Source: an uncultured Candidatus Peribacteria bacterium (GTDB lineage Bacteria; Patescibacteriota; Gracilibacteria; RBG-16-42-10). From it: a DNA stretch of 43,099 nt. This document shows positions 30,323 through 39,502 of the stretch, piece by piece (within the stretch, counting starts at the first letter, position 1; each line of letters begins with the position of its first letter). Location: contig CAZERA010000004.1 in NCBI GenBank assembly GCA_964514565.1, positions 62,001-105,099 of the forward strand, in the 5' to 3' direction. The notes beneath the pieces were generated by a model. It ran no database searches and was not told where the DNA came from. It was given only the letters and a program-made list of their open reading frames with translations. A program made the translations under genes and the position numbers.

Positions 30323-31407
30323 AGTTGAATTTCTGACCATATCATATGGTGATCTGAACCTAATTTATCATCCACAATATGGGACTTTTGCAGACTGATA
30401 TTGGGGGATATTAGCATATGATCGATAATAGTATGGAAAACGCCGGTGTTCCATGTAGAGGTTAACCCCTGTCCCCTATTGGTATCTCTTAGCCAAGCTA
30501 AGCCTGGTGCAATATTTTTTGTGATATCTCCCTGAGGCTGCAAGAAGTTTTTATATGACCATGACCAGCTTGCAGTATTGAAGTCTCCCATTACCACTAC
30601 CTGTCTATTGTCATAGATTTTTAATTTTTGGCTCAATTGATCGAGGCTACTGTTCCTTTGCAGCAGATCAGCACTGCTAGTTGGAGCATAGGGGTGAATT
30701 ACGATTACATTGAGCACTTTGTTTTGAATAGTGATATCTGCTTGAATCATTGGCATCTTTTCAATGCTATTTGCTTGAATATTGCTCAGTGGATAACGAC
30801 TAAAAAGAGCAACTTGCGATCCTTCACTGCCCTGACATTGGCAAGTGGTAAAATAACTATTGGAAAATGGTAATTGGGTTTTTAGTGAATTGTAATCAGC
30901 CTGAGTGATTTCAGCTATGCCAAGAATGTCTAGAGAAAGCAATCTTGCTTCATCACTTACTTTGCCGGTCGCATGATTATAATAAGCCTTATTAAAGAAG
31001 CCAATATTTACATTGATCGTAGTATCTTTAGGGTTTATGTCTTTATCCCATGTCGCACTATAAAGGTTCTGGGGGTAGGCATAATCCCAGATGTTGGTAA
31101 TGTTAAATGCCCATCCAACTGAGATAATAGTGAGCAGAAAGCCAGCAAATACTCGAATAGGATTGGCTGTTCTGAAAAATAAAATAGTCCACAAGAAGGC
31201 AATGCCTAATGCAATAGTTTGTAAAATAGTCGCTAGTGGCAAAAAACTAATAATCATTTCAGTGATCAATACATTAGCTGTGCTATGACTCAGATAAATT
31301 ATCAGGGAACCAACTGTCACAATTACTAAATAGCCATAGTATAATTGGGCTATTTGTGACCATTGATAGATTCGTTTGAGGATCAGACTAAGTATTTTCA
31401 TGATCAA
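30319..31407 (-). CDS. Membrane-anchored endonuclease/exonuclease/phosphatase (EEP) family protein
   Basis: N-terminal TM helices; DILGIAE, GDFN, IDHML and GSDH motifs. Confidence 0.85.
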   Translation of the reverse strand: MIMKILSLILKRIYQWSQIAQLYYGYLVIVTVGSLIIYLSHSTANVLITEMIISFLPLATILQTIALGIAFLWTILFFRTANPIRVFAGFLLTIISVGWAFNITNIWDYAYPQNLYSATWDKDINPKDTTINVNIGFFNKAYYNHATGKVSDEARLLSLDILGIAEITQADYNSLKTQLPFSNSYFTTCQCQGSEGSQVALFSRYPLSNIQANSIEKMPMIQADITIQNKVLNVIVIHPYAPTSSADLLQRNSSLDQLSQKLKIYDNRQVVVMGDFNTASWSWSYKNFLQPQGDITKNIAPGLAWLRDTNRGQGLTSTWNTGVFHTIIDHMLISPNISLQKSHIVDDKLGSDHHMIWSEIQL

Positions 31408-31467
31408 GTTTAAGCTTTCCTATCCTAAGAATAGATTGAGTATTTGTCTAACAATTACCAATCAAGT

Positions 31468-32268
31468 TTAGACACGCACTTGAAACATATTGCCTGATTC
31501 ATAGCGCTTTAAGCCTCTACGGAAAAATAAGATGGCAATAATATTGAGCCCTATACTAATTGCGAGCAAAATGAACAGGTCTGACCAAGAAAATGAGCTC
31601 AGTAGCCTTTGAGGGATCGTGTCAATAAAAAAGGCAGGTATCACGGTCATTATCAGTATCTTCAAGAAACCATTGAAGGCTGTCTGAGGGTACATACTGG
31701 TACTAAGAATAGCTTCTTGGCCTTGAGCTGCTGCTTCTTCAAATTTACCGACATAAAATGTAATGGTGTGATAAATCAATAGGGTCGCGAATAGTATCGC
31801 GCTTGAGCAAGTGATTGCCAAAGCTAGTAAACCAAGGTTGGTAAATGTAAAAGGAATATAAAGCACAATCAAAATAATACTAAAGATCAAATCGCCAATT
31901 GCTGATAGATTGATTCCCATTACAACACTATGCCAGAGCACATCTTGAGGAAACGCCAAGTAATAATCTAAATCACCTTTAGTGATAATCTCAGATAATT
32001 TATTAAGACCACTTGCCATTATATGTACTATGCTGAAACTAGCTGTGCTAATTATGAGAACTTGGATTGTATCTTGATATGTCCACCCATTGACCGAAGG
32101 AAATCTAGCAAAAAATATTCCCCAAATGGGCACAAGTAGAATATCATTGATTACCATGCCCAAAATCTGACTAAAGAAGCTGAATTTATATTCCATTGCT
32201 CCCAGTAAGCTATGTTTTTTGATCAAAAATGTTAGCCTAATATATTTAGCCGCCGTTGTGAGATACAT
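31468..32268 (-). CDS. ABC-2 family transporter permease
   Basis: Six TM helices, GDLDYYL, C-terminal GLKRYESG; start set at MYLTT. Confidence 0.85.
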   Translation of the reverse strand: MYLTTAAKYIRLTFLIKKHSLLGAMEYKFSFFSQILGMVINDILLVPIWGIFFARFPSVNGWTYQDTIQVLIISTASFSIVHIMASGLNKLSEIITKGDLDYYLAFPQDVLWHSVVMGINLSAIGDLIFSIILIVLYIPFTFTNLGLLALAITCSSAILFATLLIYHTITFYVGKFEEAAAQGQEAILSTSMYPQTAFNGFLKILIMTVIPAFFIDTIPQRLLSSFSWSDLFILLAISIGLNIIAILFFRRGLKRYESGNMFQVRV

Positions 32269-33076
32269 AGCGAATGGCATAAGAAAATAGAAGTTTGCTA
32301 AACAGAGCAAAGATTGCTAACCAAATAAGCTGGGTAATGAAAAATTGGATAAATATGTCTGCTTGAAAGTGCACAATTTGTTGGGCTGCCCCAGCAAACA
32401 GATATGGGAATGGCGAAAGCTCGACTATGTGTTTAAGTTGGTCAGGGAAAAGACTAATCGGAATAATTAGCCCTCCAAGCATCAGTTGGCCTTTACTATA
32501 CATCCAATTGATTGCCCTAATGTCCTCTAACCAAAATGCTAGTATGCCAATAATCATATTGATATAAAAGTCTAGCAAAAAGCCTCCGAGCAAAAGAGCT
32601 AAACCAGCTGCTAACCCTGCTACGGTCAGATGTGTTGGTGCGCCAACCATCAGTAAAGTGATGATGGTCACTACAACAATATTCATTGAAGCATTGAGTA
32701 GGAATGTACCAAATCGACTGAAAAGTTGAAAAAGAATGAATGAATATGGTCGATTGATGCTGTAAGACAACGCTCCACTTTGTACTTCTTCTTGAATAGC
32801 GTTGGAGATTGGTGGTCGCGATGCGCTCTGAAGACTTTGGGCAAATACTAAGCTCCAGATGACCATGTTTACATCCAGACCATTAACAGTAGTGAGATTG
32901 TTTGTTGCAAATGTAACACTATAGACTTGGTAAAATATTCCTACTCTCAATACAACAATAAAACTTCTAGTGAGAGTATTGATCAAAAAGGCCTGTGTGT
33001 TTTTCCAGCTGACTCGTGCGATGGCGAAATACTTGATCAGTCTTTTGGGTGCAAATAATTGTAGTGTTGTAGTCAT
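32246..33076 (-). CDS. ABC-2 family transporter permease
   Basis: EVQSG....RP, LGGLIIP..FP, C-terminal GG. Confidence 0.85.
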   Translation of the reverse strand: MTTTLQLFAPKRLIKYFAIARVSWKNTQAFLINTLTRSFIVVLRVGIFYQVYSVTFATNNLTTVNGLDVNMVIWSLVFAQSLQSASRPPISNAIQEEVQSGALSYSINRPYSFILFQLFSRFGTFLLNASMNIVVVTIITLLMVGAPTHLTVAGLAAGLALLLGGFLLDFYINMIIGILAFWLEDIRAINWMYSKGQLMLGGLIIPISLFPDQLKHIVELSPFPYLFAGAAQQIVHFQADIFIQFFITQLIWLAIFALFSKLLFSYAIRYVSHNGG

Positions 33077-33081
33077 AAAGG

Positions 33082-34074
33082 CTAGTCAGACTTTTTGTGC
33101 GTGTAGATATCAGCAATGATCTCTTCCATGGGTGGATCGAAGATATTAACATCTTGGACAGCGCCGAGCTGAAATACATATTGCATGACTTTTTCTAGGC
33201 TATTTTCCAGGATATCTACAGCAATAGTGACGCTAAACTTACTTTGTTTGATGACCTCCCCATAAGGGCAGCTAAACGTCTCAAGACCTTCACTAAAGAC
33301 AATTTCTAACAATTTTTTCTTGATGTAGTTTTTTTTGAGAGCTTGGGTACTATCATCAAAAATAATAGTGCCATGATTGATCACGATCGTTCTCTTGGCC
33401 AGACTCTCAATATCTCCCGCATCATGTGACGTCAGGAAAATCGTCACCTTCTCTGTTTCATTGAGATATCTAATCACCTCTCGAATTTGCTGTTTAGCAA
33501 TGACATCAAGGCCAATAGTTGGTTCATCCAAGAAAACAATTTGTGGTTGATGAATCAAGGACGCTACTAATTCACAGCGCATTCGCTGTCCTAGAGATAG
33601 TTTTCTGACTGGAGTATTGAGTAAATCGCCAATCGCAAAGGCGTCTACTAAAAACTTTTTGCGTTTCTCATATTTATCCCGATCGAGTTCATAGATATGG
33701 GAAAGTAGCTCATAGGTATCTTGAGCTGGAAGATGATACCAAAGCTGTGGTTTCTGGCCGAATACTAATCCGATATGGTAAGCAAGCTCCCTCCTTTTCT
33801 TGGTGGGATCAAAACCTAATACCTTGATATCGCCACTGGTAGGAAATAAGATCCCACTGAGCATTTTGATCGTAGTAGATTTTCCAGCCCCATTGGGACC
33901 GATGAATGCCAATATCTCACCTTGATCGACAGAAAAGTTGATATCGTCTACAGCACATACTTCTTTAAACTCAGGTTTGAAGAAACTTTTGAGACTGTTT
34001 TTAAAGCCAACTTGTTTTTGCTTTAAACGAAATTTTTTAGCCAGGTGTCGGACCTGTATGATAGGAGCAGGCAT
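33082..34074 (-). CDS. ABC transporter ATP-binding protein
   Basis: Walker A GPNGAGKST, signature LSLGQ, Walker B FLDEPT. Confidence 0.95.
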   Translation of the reverse strand: MPAPIIQVRHLAKKFRLKQKQVGFKNSLKSFFKPEFKEVCAVDDINFSVDQGEILAFIGPNGAGKSTTIKMLSGILFPTSGDIKVLGFDPTKKRRELAYHIGLVFGQKPQLWYHLPAQDTYELLSHIYELDRDKYEKRKKFLVDAFAIGDLLNTPVRKLSLGQRMRCELVASLIHQPQIVFLDEPTIGLDVIAKQQIREVIRYLNETEKVTIFLTSHDAGDIESLAKRTIVINHGTIIFDDSTQALKKNYIKKKLLEIVFSEGLETFSCPYGEVIKQSKFSVTIAVDILENSLEKVMQYVFQLGAVQDVNIFDPPMEEIIADIYTHKKSD

Positions 34075-34164
34075 AGGCGTGATGTGCTGATCGCATATAT
34101 AACATAGTTTTATTCGTTTTCAAAGTAATCACAAACGAGCTCATGGCAGCGAGTCAATGTTTTA

Positions 34165-34199
34165 AAATTCAAGATTTAGAATTTAAAATTTCAAATTCA
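34165..34199. repeat. Degenerate heptamer tandem repeat
   Basis: aaattca agattta gaattta aaatttc aaattca; shares tagaatttaaaa with 27740-27751. Confidence 0.45.
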
Positions 34200-34240
34200 C
34201 CATCTCTTTGCGTATATTGAGCATGTTCTTAATCCCTCTT

Positions 34241-36028
34241 ATGAAAAAGTTTGTCGGCTTTCTCCTAGCTGTTTTAGTTTTATTTACCTCTGCTGGAGTG
34301 ACTCAAGCATCAGTGTTTAGTGATGTTTCTGATTCACATCCCAACTTTACAGCGATCCAGTTCCTTCGTAGTCGCGGTATCATCAATGGCTATGAGGACG
34401 GTACATTCAAACCCGACCGTGCTGTAAGCCGAGCCGAGTTTTTGAAGATTGTGCTCCTTTCTTCTGGTAACCCCATCTTAACTGGTGATTTAGATCGTTC
34501 CGGGTTTAGTGACGTATTACTCAGTGCTTGGTATGCGGGGTATGTAAATAGAGCATTAGCACTCGGTGTTGCTAGTGGTTACCCTGATGGTTTATTTAGA
34601 CCAGATCGAACTGTGAGCCGTATCGAAGCTGTAAAGATGATGCTGCGATCAAATCGTATTACTGAGGCTAGTCTCAGCACTGACGCAAGCTTCAGTGATA
34701 TTGAGTCTGGTAGTTGGGCTATCCCTTACGCTCGTTTTGCCCAAGTTGCGCATTTGTTTGATGCTTTGCCAGGTAACTTGATGCATCCTAATGAAGCAAT
34801 GACTCGCGCGCAGGTTGCTGAAATGGTTTATCGTTTTTATCAATATCGTCCAGATTTGTTGCCTGCGGCTCCTCTTCCCACTACACCAGCAACAACTACA
34901 CCTACTGCATCTCCTTCAGCCAGTCCTACAGTAGCTCCAACCACTCCAACTAGTGAGTCCTTGCGTATTTCTAGTCTGACTGTGACTCCAGAAGCTCCTA
35001 ACGTCAGTGCTGGATGTGCTAGTACAGTCTATTACACCTTTATCGGAAGAATAGTGACCAATGGTAGTGTAGGTACGTTTGCCTATCACTGGGAAGGTGA
35101 GAACAGCTATCGTAGTGCTGATCAAAGCTTTACTACTACTGCCGGTGTATCTGATTACAATTTTCGTCATGATGCTGGTTCACCAGGTACTGGTGTCTAC
35201 AATGCTTGGAGACGCCTTTATGTTGGTGCCCCTTACAACAATGTTTCTTCTGCTGCTACCATTAGTATTGATTGTTCACACTCTACAGTCACATCTCCTA
35301 CTCCTCCGGCAAGTTCTTCAATGTTAGTCACCAGTGTGGGTTTGAGCGCAAGTGGTCCTACTGAGGCTAGAGCTTTATGTTCAGCTACTACTAATGTAGC
35401 TGTGAAAGGTGGTTTGAGCACCAATGGTCAACCAGGAACAATTCGTTATTATTATGATCTAGGGGACGGACGTCGCTCACCAGAAAGGACTTATACCTTT
35501 GCAGTAGGTGAGAGTAGTATTGGTACTTCAGTGATTAATTACTCAGCATCTTATGATACCAATCATGTTGCTCGCAGTGGATCTATTCGTTTAGTTGTTA
35601 CTTCACCAAATAACATGAGTAGCGGCGGTGTGAGCTACAATCTACGTTGTGCTGATAGTGATTTACCTACTAGCCATCGTGTGACTGCTGCTAGCTTTAC
35701 TGCTCAGCAACCGGGCGTCCGCGATGGTACTTGGGTTTGTGGTGCGACTAACAATTTTACATTGCGTGGCCGTTTGACCTTAGCGACTCCACCAGCTGGT
35801 GGTCGCATCGCTTACAATTGGTTGTTTAATACTGGTGCTACATCACCCACTCAAACAATCGACGTAAGTACAACATTGACCAACCCGATAGTTTTACCAG
35901 ACTACATCTGGAGTATCCCCGCTTCAGCCAGTGAGGGAGCCTATATTGCTTGGCTCAATGTACTCACTCCAAACGCTTTAGTCTCTGACTCATGGAGTAT
36001 CACAAAACCAAGATGTTTTAGTTTGTAG
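34241..36028 (+). CDS. Secreted SLH-domain protein with three Cys-bracketed beta-rich repeats
   Basis: Signal peptide MKKFVG; three SLH repeats (SRAEF/SRIEA/TRAQV); P/T linker; repeated domains. Confidence 0.85.
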   Translation: MKKFVGFLLAVLVLFTSAGVTQASVFSDVSDSHPNFTAIQFLRSRGIINGYEDGTFKPDRAVSRAEFLKIVLLSSGNPILTGDLDRSGFSDVLLSAWYAGYVNRALALGVASGYPDGLFRPDRTVSRIEAVKMMLRSNRITEASLSTDASFSDIESGSWAIPYARFAQVAHLFDALPGNLMHPNEAMTRAQVAEMVYRFYQYRPDLLPAAPLPTTPATTTPTASPSASPTVAPTTPTSESLRISSLTVTPEAPNVSAGCASTVYYTFIGRIVTNGSVGTFAYHWEGENSYRSADQSFTTTAGVSDYNFRHDAGSPGTGVYNAWRRLYVGAPYNNVSSAATISIDCSHSTVTSPTPPASSSMLVTSVGLSASGPTEARALCSATTNVAVKGGLSTNGQPGTIRYYYDLGDGRRSPERTYTFAVGESSIGTSVINYSASYDTNHVARSGSIRLVVTSPNNMSSGGVSYNLRCADSDLPTSHRVTAASFTAQQPGVRDGTWVCGATNNFTLRGRLTLATPPAGGRIAYNWLFNTGATSPTQTIDVSTTLTNPIVLPDYIWSIPASASEGAYIAWLNVLTPNALVSDSWSITKPRCFSL

Positions 36029-36036
36029 TTTTTTGA

Positions 36037-36109
36037 AAAAAGTAAGAATTATGTAGCGGCAATTCCCTCCACGAATGTGGAGAAAAAGCCGCTACGCTTC
36101 TTACCTTTT
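36037..36109. terminator. Long hairpin between convergent genes (bidirectional terminator or GTAG REP-like element)
   Basis: Nested stems aaaaagtaagaa/ttcttacctttt, gtagcggc/gccgctac and ctccac/gtggag. Confidence 0.6.
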
Positions 36110-36114
36110 ATCTC

Positions 36115-39100
36115 TTACTTCTTACCTTCTCTGTAGTAAAACCCCATCCCAATAATATACAATGGGAAAAGTGGGAAAAATAAGATCTTGTGCCACCAAG
36201 GTAATAATTGAAAGCTGCGTGACAACCAACGGAAGAAGATGAATAAAATTGGAGTAGTAATCAGTGAAGTGAAGCCAGATGTGATCAAACCAAAAATAAT
36301 TACCAAGGAAATAGAACGATAAAATTCACTTAGCAATGCCAATGGCGCTAAAGAAGCAATGGCTGTGAGTTTAGTGAGAATTACCGGACGGAAGCGAATG
36401 CCGGAGGCAAAACTGATTGCCCGTTTTTCTTCCCAGCCATCATTGTTGATTTTTTGGCGTGCTGCATCAATCAAAAATATCGCTACATTTTCCACGATAC
36501 CAACTAAAATAATTAACCCAATGATTTCCAAGAAACCAAATTCGCCAGTGCTAAAGGTAGCTAGAGCAGGAAAGACACCAATAAATGTCAGTGGCACAGT
36601 AAACAAAATTACCAATGGTTGCCCAAGTGAACCAAAGAATACTGCCAGTACAAAGTAACTGAGTACAATTGCTAGTAGCAATGCTAGCAATAGCTCTTGG
36701 AATGATTTAGCAAAGCCAGCACTGCTACCTTCACTATATTGTTCAATGCTATTGTCACTCAGTCCTAGTTTTTCACTTTCAGCGAAGTTATTATCATTGT
36801 AATACTTCGTTATAGCTTGAGTGATCTGAGCTGAAACACTTTCATTGTCATCTTGCTCACGGATTCTTCCTTGCACCACACCGACAATCTGACCTTTGAC
36901 CCCTTGGATAGTATCTTTTGGTAGGTTTGGTACTAGGGCTGCAATAGCACTAATATTATATGGATCTCCTACACTGTTTTTGACGATAGCCATGCTCAGA
37001 TCCTGAGCCTGAGCAGGGTCAAGTGTTTGTTTGTCTAGGAATACCTCAGTATCTTTGCCTGCCACTTTGATCGAACCTACTTTTTTCTCGTCTGCTACAT
37101 TGAAAAGACGTTTTACTTGTTGATTGAGTAGTCCAGTCAGTGGGCCACTAGGGGCCACAAACTGATTGTTATAAAGATCACTACGATCGATGGTGATATC
37201 TAATGCTTTGTTTTCTTTACCATTGTAGCCGTCATCTACTCGAGAGATGAGTTTGTTGGCATCTGCACATTGGAGATTTACTGTGATCTTGTCGTTTTCT
37301 TTACACACCATAGCCAAGGTCGTACCCACTGATTTTGCTGCTTTTTCTAAGACAGTCAGATCATCTGTTTTTACAGCAAGTGAAACTTTAAATGCGGTTG
37401 CTGGTGGTGCATTGCCTCGTACACTTATTTGAAAGTCAAAAAAGTAAGGTCCAAATTTGTTGATGATTTCGGTTTGTAGTTTTTTCGCGATATCAACTGA
37501 AATAGTACCAGGGCGTTCTTCAGCAGGTAGCAGCTCTACCTGGAGGTTCAAGCCTTTGCCTAAAGGAAATATTTGTTTAACCTCGGGATCACTAGCTACA
37601 ATTTCGCTGATTTGTCTTCGGATGGCTTGGGTCTCTGTGCTGTTTTTAGTAGGTAAAAAAGTACCGATTACTGATAAATACTTGCTGTTTTGACTGCTGG
37701 CAAATTGCACAAATTTAATTTTGCCACTACTGATCAAAGATCCAGTAATCATGAATGGCGTGACCAAAGCAACCACAATAATCAAAAGCCTGACCCATAC
37801 TTTGCTATGCAAAATACGGTAGTTGAGCTTGATCAGTTGTTGGGCAATCCCCCATAAGTTTTTCTCTTCATCATGACCTTTACCTTTCGTAGGACGTAAG
37901 AAACTACTACCAATCCAAGCTAAGATTACTAATGGTACGATATAAGACCCAATAGTTGATGGAATAATTGTGAGTGGAATATAGCCGAAGATTTGGCCTA
38001 GTACTCCTGAAATAATACCAAATGGTGCGAATACAATAATATTTGTTAGAGCCGCTAAAAATAAGCCACCACCCACATCTTTGACTGCCAGCAATGCTGC
38101 ATCTTTGCCTCGATGTCCCAGATCTATTTGTCTTTGAATACTTTCCAAGATTACCAAGGCAGGATCTACTACTAGACCCAATACCAGTACTAGAGAAAAC
38201 AATACCAAAGTATTGAGACTCTCTCCGATGAAGAAGACATAGATCAGGGAGAATAGCAGACTGAGTGGAATCGCTAAGGCTGATACGATAGCTGCTCGCC
38301 ATGATACAAAGATCAACATGGCCAAGAATACTAATTGGATACCACCAAGTAGCCAACCCAGATCGGCGAATGGGCTTTTGGTTTTTAATTTGCTACCAAT
38401 CAATCCACCGACCACCTCATCTACTTGTTCTTTGGTGCTATCATTGGCAGATAGATTGTTGATAAGGAATACAGGCTTACTAGTATCTAATGTCCCAGCA
38501 TGATCAAGTACAGCAATATCTGGTAAATTGGCTATCTTGCTCAACATCGTTTGAGCATACGCATTTTTATCTGCTCCATCGGCAGTACGAATAGTGACTA
38601 CCAAAGCTGGAAGTACTTGTTCCGTGCCTTTAGTATGGATACCTACATAACTAATAGTATTGTTTTCAAAGTAATAGTCTAGCTTTACTTCTGCCAAATC
38701 ACTCAAAGGGATACTGCTACTGGTTGTCCCTTTGGCAGGATTGGCGCTGGTATAGATTTTGAGCTGTTGGAGGCTATTCAAATCATCACCTGCAAGTTTA
38801 GTAGAAATAGTCTGGCTCTCACCGTCCAATGTTGTATTACTGATTACTGGTAGGGTCTCACCGACACTACTGATTTGTCTTTGAACTTCATCTACCGTCA
38901 GGCCAGCGTTGCTGATGGCATCGAGATTTAAGTTGATCAATACGCGTTGTTTGAGATCAGCTAGTGGTGCAATACTACTGGTCTCGGCAATTTCGTTGAG
39001 ACTGTTTCTAAATTTATCCCAGTTTTGGTAAAGTTTTTGTTTGTTGTTTGAGGCAAGTGAAAGAATAAAATCTGGGCTGCCAATAGTAGGCACTGTGATT

Positions 39101-39498
39101 GAAGGTTCTTCTGCCGAGGTCGGTAGTTTTATGCTACGAACTGCTGAACTGATTTTGCTTTGCACTGTGTCGGCATTAGCATTGCTAGCGATGGTGACGC
39201 TTACTACTGAGGTAGAGTTGCGGCTCACTGAAGTATAGGTCTCTATGCCACTGACACTTTTTAGTGCTCCTTCTATTGGTTTGGTGACATCACGTGAGAT
39301 CACCTCGGATGATGCACCAGGATAAATAGTAGTGACTATAGCTATATTTACTTTCGGACTAGGAAACCCAGTAGTTTTGAGACCAAATAGCGCAACAAAA
39401 CTAATCATCAGAAAGAGCAAAACACATAAAATCGTGAACCGTGAGTTGTTAAGAAAAAACTCAGTAATGCGGTAATTAAAATCTTTTTTGGTTTCCAT
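36115..39498 (-). CDS. RND efflux transporter, AcrB/AcrD/AcrF family
   Basis: YPGASSEVI..VTKPIE, AIPLS, GLVVDPA and RFRPVILT; two-repeat TM topology. Confidence 0.9.
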   Translation of the reverse strand: METKKDFNYRITEFFLNNSRFTILCVLLFLMISFVALFGLKTTGFPSPKVNIAIVTTIYPGASSEVISRDVTKPIEGALKSVSGIETYTSVSRNSTSVVSVTIASNANADTVQSKISSAVRSIKLPTSAEEPSITVPTIGSPDFILSLASNNKQKLYQNWDKFRNSLNEIAETSSIAPLADLKQRVLINLNLDAISNAGLTVDEVQRQISSVGETLPVISNTTLDGESQTISTKLAGDDLNSLQQLKIYTSANPAKGTTSSSIPLSDLAEVKLDYYFENNTISYVGIHTKGTEQVLPALVVTIRTADGADKNAYAQTMLSKIANLPDIAVLDHAGTLDTSKPVFLINNLSANDSTKEQVDEVVGGLIGSKLKTKSPFADLGWLLGGIQLVFLAMLIFVSWRAAIVSALAIPLSLLFSLIYVFFIGESLNTLVLFSLVLVLGLVVDPALVILESIQRQIDLGHRGKDAALLAVKDVGGGLFLAALTNIIVFAPFGIISGVLGQIFGYIPLTIIPSTIGSYIVPLVILAWIGSSFLRPTKGKGHDEEKNLWGIAQQLIKLNYRILHSKVWVRLLIIVVALVTPFMITGSLISSGKIKFVQFASSQNSKYLSVIGTFLPTKNSTETQAIRRQISEIVASDPEVKQIFPLGKGLNLQVELLPAEERPGTISVDIAKKLQTEIINKFGPYFFDFQISVRGNAPPATAFKVSLAVKTDDLTVLEKAAKSVGTTLAMVCKENDKITVNLQCADANKLISRVDDGYNGKENKALDITIDRSDLYNNQFVAPSGPLTGLLNQQVKRLFNVADEKKVGSIKVAGKDTEVFLDKQTLDPAQAQDLSMAIVKNSVGDPYNISAIAALVPNLPKDTIQGVKGQIVGVVQGRIREQDDNESVSAQITQAITKYYNDNNFAESEKLGLSDNSIEQYSEGSSAGFAKSFQELLLALLLAIVLSYFVLAVFFGSLGQPLVILFTVPLTFIGVFPALATFSTGEFGFLEIIGLIILVGIVENVAIFLIDAARQKINNDGWEEKRAISFASGIRFRPVILTKLTAIASLAPLALLSEFYRSISLVIIFGLITSGFTSLITTPILFIFFRWLSRSFQLLPWWHKILFFPLFPLYIIGMGFYYREGKK

Positions 39499-39502
39499 AA
39501 GC

